Source: the human T2T-CHM13v2.0 reference genome, Homo sapiens
DNA: 64,000 bases
Assembly (NCBI RefSeq): GCF_009914755.1
Contig: NC_060925.1
Strand: one strand, 5' to 3'
Shown here: positions 58,401 through 64,000 of the stretch, piece after piece
Numbering within the stretch: position 1 is the stretch's first letter
How the letters are laid out: each line of letters begins with the position of its first letter
Made by a program: the position numbers and the translations under genes
The notes under the pieces: generated by a model
Seen by the model: the letters and a program-made list of their open reading frames with translations, nothing else
Databases searched by the model: none
What the model was told of the DNA's origin: nothing

Positions 58401-61400
58401 AATTGAAACGAATGGAATTATCATGAAATTGAAATGGATGGACTCATCATCGAATGGATTCGAATGGAATCATCGAATGAAATTGATTGAAATCCTCATC
58501 AAATGGAATCGAATGGAACGATTGAATGGAATCGAATGGAATCATCATCAGATGGAAATGAATGGAATCATCATAGAATGGAATCGAGTGGATTCATTGA
58601 ATGGAATCAGATGGAATCATCGAATGGACTTGAATGGAATCATTGAATGGACTCGAATGGAATCATTATTGAATGGAATTGAATGGAATCATCGAATGGT
58701 CTCGAATGGAATCATTATCAAATGGAATCGAATGGAATCACCGAATAGAATCGAATGGAACAATCATCGAATGCACTCAAATGGAATTATCCTCAAATGG
58801 AATCGAATGGAATTATCGAATGCAATCGAATGGAATAATCGAATGCAATCGAATAGAATCATCGAATGGACTTGAAAGGAATCATCGAATGAAATGGAAT
58901 GGAATAGTCAATGAACTCGAATGGAATCATCATTGAATGGAATCATCGAGTGGAATCGAATGGAATCATGATCAAATGGAATCGAAAGTAATCATCATCA
59001 AATGGAATCAAAAATAACCATCATCAATTGGTATTGAATGGAATTGTCATCAAACGGAATTCAAAGGAATCATCATCAAATGGAACCGAATGGAATCCTC
59101 ATTGAATGGAAATGAAAGGAGTCATCATCTAATGGAATTGCATGGAATCATCATCAAATGCAATCGAATGGAATCATCGCCAATGGAATATAACGGAAGC
59201 ATTGAACGGAATTGAATGGAATCATCATCGAATGAATTGAATGCAATCAACGAATGGTGTCGAATGGAGCCATCTCCAAATGGAATGGAATGGAATCATT
59301 GCATAGAATCGAATGGAATTATCATCGAATGGACTCGAATGGAATCAACATCAAACGGAATCAAACGGAATTATCGAATGGAATCGAAGAGAATCATCGA
59401 ACGGACTCGAATGGAATCATCTAATGGAATGGAATGGAAGAATTCATGGACTCGAATGCAGTCATCATCGAATGGAATCGAATGGAATCATCGAATGGAC
59501 TCGAATGGAATAATCATTGAACGGAATCGAATGGAATCATCATCGGATGGAAACGAATGGAATCATCATCGAATGGAATCGAATGGGATCATCAAATGGA
59601 ATCAAGATGGAATCATCATCAAATGGAATCGAATAGAATTATGGAATGAAATCCAATGTGATCATCATGGAATGGACTCGAATGGAATCATCATCCAATG
59701 GAAACTAATGGAATCAACATCGAATGGAATCGAATGGAAACACCATCGAATTGAAACGAATGGAATTATCATGAAATTGAAATGGATGGACTCATCATCG
59801 AAAGGATTCGAATGGAATCATCGAATGAAATTGATTGAAATCATCATCAAATGGAATCGAAAGGAATCACTGAATGGAATCGAATGGAATCATCATCAGA
59901 TGGGAATGAATGGAATCATCATAGAATGGAATCGCATGGATTCATTGAATGGAATCAGATGGAATCATCGAATGGGCTTGAATGGAATCGTTGAATGGAC
60001 TCGAATGGAATCTTTATGGAATGGAATTGAATAGAATCATCGACTGGTCTCGAATGGAATCATTATCAAATGAAGTCGAATGGAATCACCGAATAGAATC
60101 GAATGGAACAGTCATCGAATGGACTCAAATGGAATTATCCTCAAATGGCATCAAATGGATTTATCGAATGCAATCGAATGGAATTATCGAATGCAATCGA
60201 ATAGAATCATCGAATGGACTCGAATGGAATCATCGAATGGAATGCAATGGATTAATCCATGGACTCGAATTCAATCACCATCGAATACAATCGAATGGAG
60301 TCATCGAATCGACCCAAATGGAATAATCATTGAATGGAATCGAATGGAATCATCGAGTGGAATCGAATGGAATCATGATCAAATGGAATCGAATGTAATC
60401 GTCATCAAATGGAATCAAAAATAAACATCATCAATTGGTATTGAATGGAATTGTCATCAAATGGAATTCAAAGGAATCATGAAAAATGGAACCGAATGGA
60501 ATCCTCATTGAATGGAAATGAAAGGAGTCATCATCTAATGGAATCGCATGGAATCATCATCAAATGGAATCGAATGGAAGCATTGAACGGAATTGAATGG
60601 AATCGTCATCGAATGAATTGAATGCAATCAACGAATGGTCTCGAATGGAACCACCTCCAAATGGAATGGAATGGAATCATCGCATAGAATCGAATGGAAT
60701 TATAATCGAATGGACTCGAATGGAATCAACATCAAACGGAATCAAACGGAATTATCGAATGGAATCGAAGAGAATCATCGAATGGACTCGAATGGAATCA
60801 TCCAATGGAATGGAATGGAAGAATCCATGGTCTCGAATGCAATCATCATCGAATGGAATCGAATGGAATCATTGAATGGACTCGAATGGAATAATCATTG
60901 AACGGAATCGAATGGAATCATCATCGGATGGAAAGGAATGGAATCATCATCGAATGGAATCGAATGGGATCATCAAATGGAATCAGATGGAATCATCATC
61001 AAATGGAATCGAATAGAATTATGGAATGAAATCCATTGTGATCATCATCGAATGGACTCGAATGGAATCATCATGCAATGGAAACTAATGGAATCAACAT
61101 CGAATGGAATCGAATGGAAACTCCATCGAATTGAAACGAATGGAATTATCATGAAATTGAAATGGATGGACTCATCATCGAATGGATTCGAATGGAATCA
61201 TCGAATGAAATTGATTGAAATCATCATCAAATGGAATCGAATGGAATCATTGAATGGAATCGAATGGAATCATCATGAGATGGAAATGAATGGAATCATC
61301 ATAGAATGGAATCGAATGGATTCATTGAATGGAATCAGATGGAATCATCGAATGGACTTGAATGGAATCATTGAATGGACTCGAATGGAATCATTATTGA

Positions 61401-64000
61401 ATGGAATTGAATGGAATCATCGAATGGTCTCGAATGGAATCATTATCAAATGGAATCGAATGGAATCCCCAAATAGAATCGAATGGAACAATCATCGAAT
61501 GGACTCAAATGGAATTATCCTCAAATGGAATCGAATGGAATTATCGAATGCAATCGAATGGAATAATCGAATGCAATCGAATAGAATCATCGAATGGACT
61601 TGAAAGGAATCATCGATTGAAATGGAATGGAATAGTCAATGAACTCGAATGGAATCATCATTGAATGGAATCATCGAGTGGAATCGAATGGAATCATGAT
61701 CAAATGGAATCGAATGTAATCATCATCAAATGGAATCAAAAATAAACATCATCAATTGGTATTGAATGGAATTGTCATCAAATGGAATTCAAAGGAATCA
61801 TCATCAAATGGAACCGAATGGAATCCTCATTGAATGGAAATGAAAGGAGTCATCATCTAATGGAATCGCACGGAATCATCATCAAATGGAATCGAATGGA
61901 ATCATCATCAAATGGAATCTAATGGAATCATTGAAAGGAATTGAATGGAATGGTCATCGAATGAATTGAATGCAATCAACGAATGGTCTCGAATGGAACC
62001 ACCTCCAAATGGAAAGGAATGGAATCATCGCATAGAATCGAATGGAATTATCATTGAATGGACTCGAATGGAATCAACATCAAACGGAATCAAACGGAAT
62101 TATCGAATGGAATCGAAGAGAATCATCGAACGGACTCGAATGGAATCATCTAATGGAATGGAATGGAAGAATTCATGGACTCGAATGCAGTCATCATCGA
62201 ATGGAATCGAATGGAATCATCGAATGGACTCGAATGGAATAATCATTGAACGGAATCGAATGGAATCATCATCGGATGGAAACGAATGGAATCATCATCG
62301 AATGGAATCGAATGGGATCATCAAATGGAATCAGATGGAATCATCATCAAATGGAATCGAATAGAATTATGGAATGAAATCCAATGTGATCATCATTGAA
62401 TGGACTCGAATGGAATCATCATCCAATGGAAACTAATGGAATCAACATCGAATGGAATCGAATGGAAACACCATCGAATTGAAACGAATGGAATTATCAT
62501 GAAATTGAAATGGATGGACTCATCATCGAATGGATTCGAATGGAATCATCGAATGAAATTGATTGAAATCATCATCAAATGGAATCGAAAGGAATCATTG
62601 AATGGAATCGAATGGAATCATCATCAGATGGAAATGAATGGAATCATCATAGAATGGAATCGCATGGATTCATTGAATGGAATCAGATGGAATCATCGAA
62701 TGGACTTGAATGGAATCGTTGAATGGACTCGAATGGAATCATTATTGAATGGAATTGAATAGAATCATCGAATGGTCTCGAATGGAATCATTATCAAATG
62801 AAGTCGAATGGAATCACCGAATAGAATCGAATGGAACAATCATCGAATGGACTCAAATGGAATTATCCTCAAATGGAATCAAATGGATTTATCGAATGCA
62901 ATCGAATGGAATTATCGAATGCAATCGAATAGAATCATCGAATGGACTCGAATGGAATCATCGAATGGAATGCAATGGATTAATCCATGGACTCGAATTC
63001 AATCACCATCGAATACAATCGAATGGAGTCATCGATTCGACTCAAATGGAATAATCATTGAATGGAATCGAATGGAATCATCGAGTGGAATCGAATGGAA
63101 TCATGATCAAATGGAATCAAAAGTAATCATCATCAAATGGAATCAAAAATAAACATCATCAATAGGTATTGAATGGAATTGTCATCAAACGGAATTCAAA
63201 GGAATCATCATCAAATGGAACCGAATGGAATCCTCATTGAATGGAAATGAAAGGAGTCATCATCTAATGGAATCGCATGGAATCATCATCAAATGGAATC
63301 GAATGGAATCATCATCAAATGGAATCTAATGGAATCATTGAACGGAATTGAATGGAATCGTCATCGAATGAATTCAATGCAATCAACGAATGGTCTCGAA
63401 TGGAACCAACTCCAAATGGAATGGAATGGAATCATCGCATACAATCGAATGGAATTATCATCGAATGGACTCGAATGGAATCAACATCAAACGGAATCAA
63501 ACGGAATTATCGAATGGAATCGAAGAGAATCATCGAACGGACTCGAATGGAATCATCTAATGGAATGGAATGGAAGAATCCATGGACTCGAATGCAATCA
63601 TCATCGAATGGAATCGAATGGAATCATCGAATGGACTCGAATGGAATAATCATTGAACGGAATCGAATGAATCATCATCGGATGGAAACGAATGGAATCA
63701 TCATCGAATGGAATCGAATGGGATCATCAAATGGAATCAGATGGAATCATCATCAAATGGAATCGAATAGAATTATGGAATGAAATCCAATGTGATCATC
63801 ATTGAATGGACTCGAATGGAATCATCATCCAATGGAAACTAATGGAATCAACATCGAATGGAATCGAATGGAAACACCATCGAATTGAAACGAATGGAAT
63901 TATCATGAAATTGAAATGGATGGACTCATCATCGAATGGATTCGAATGGAATCATCGAATGAAATTGATTGAAATCATCATCAAATGGAATCGAAAGGAA
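49430..64000 (+). repeat. 6863-bp (5-monomer) higher-order repeat, just over two copies, continuing past the window end
   Basis: The unit lengths 1406, 1321, 1381, 1348, 1407 repeat in order from 49626, again from 56489, and a third copy starts at 63352. Private markers recur at +6863: CGCATACAATC, ATGGTGTCG, GATGGGAATG, CATGAGATGG and AATCCCCAAATAG. Confidence 0.92.

Larger units (their letters stand above)
421..63351 (+). repeat. 46 complete ~1.4-kb HSat2 monomers in head-to-tail tandem (arbitrary phase)
   Basis: The anchor ATGGAATCGTCATCGAATGAATTGAATGCAATC (or a close variant) recurs at 421, 1825, 3232, 4553, 5960, 7280, 8687, 10005, 11409, 12816, 14223, 15630, 17037, 18444, 19851, 21258, 22665, 24046, 25404, 26725, 27683, 29090, 30497, 31843, 33164, 34571, 35978, 37288, 38692, 40099, 41420, 42801, 44123, 45504, 46901, 48219, 49626, 51032, 52353, 53734, 55082, 56489, 57895, 59216, 60597, 61945 and 63352. 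Modal spacings are 1407 and 1321 bp. Confidence 0.95.
1..64000 (+). repeat. Human satellite II (HSat2/HSATII) tandem array, pericentromeric heterochromatin, purine-rich strand on +
   Basis: The entire window consists of diverged GGAAT pentamers with the HSat2-diagnostic motif GAATCATCGAATGG (reverse complement CCATTCGATGATTC), 23/26-bp sub-repeats and very dense TCGA sites. It lacks the long pure (GGAAT)n runs typical of HSat3. From recalled knowledge, a ~1.4-kb unit fits the HSat2A-type array of chromosome 1q12, but the chromosome and species cannot be confirmed here. Confidence 0.97.

Noticed and set aside
1-64000. CRISPR-like or prokaryotic repeat system
   Set aside because: There are no unique spacers and no cas-like or other non-repetitive genes. 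The sequence between short repeats is itself satellite.
1-64000. Alpha satellite or CENP-B boxes
   Set aside because: There is no 171-bp periodicity, and the recurrent ATTCGAATGG motif does not continue to the A..CGGG required by the CENP-B box.
1-64000. HSat3 assignment and canonical heat-shock elements
   Set aside because: Pure GGAAT runs are only about three units long and CATCGAATG motifs dominate, which indicates HSat2. GAA units are mostly in direct orientation, not the alternating nGAAnnTTCn arrangement of a canonical HSF1 element.
1-64000. Strand inversion or embedded foreign or unique sequence
   Set aside because: Reading through the window I found no CATTC-oriented block and no non-satellite insert, and monomer spacing accounts for the full length.

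Overview
The whole 64 kb is one uninterrupted, single-orientation array of classical human satellite II (HSat2/HSATII). This is pericentromeric heterochromatin, read here on the purine-rich (GGAAT / ATCGAATGG) strand. I find no genes, RNA genes, transposons, inversions or CRISPR arrays, and the ORF track is an artefact of the repeat. I see no new gene system. The interesting content is the nested repeat architecture. (1) GGAAT 5-mers are organised into 23/26-bp sub-repeats. (2) These build a ~1.4-kb monomer (46 complete copies plus two partial ones) that is itself an old ~0.8+0.6-kb internal duplication. (3) The monomer comes in a long class (L, 1407 bp) and a short class (S, ~1321 bp), with recombinants between them (1381, ~1348 bp). 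(4) Three different local higher-order periods occur: 9584 bp (7 units) at the left end, 2814 bp (2 units, three copies) at ~11.5-20 kb, and 6863 bp (5 units) at the right end. (5) The last two are separated by a ~28-kb aperiodic mosaic that includes a 958-bp deleted monomer. Most monomers carry two TAATGGAATCA matches to the DUX4 consensus, and L-type monomers carry a 14-bp palindrome made of two TAATCC sites. All coordinates and comparisons were read by eye, without alignment software.
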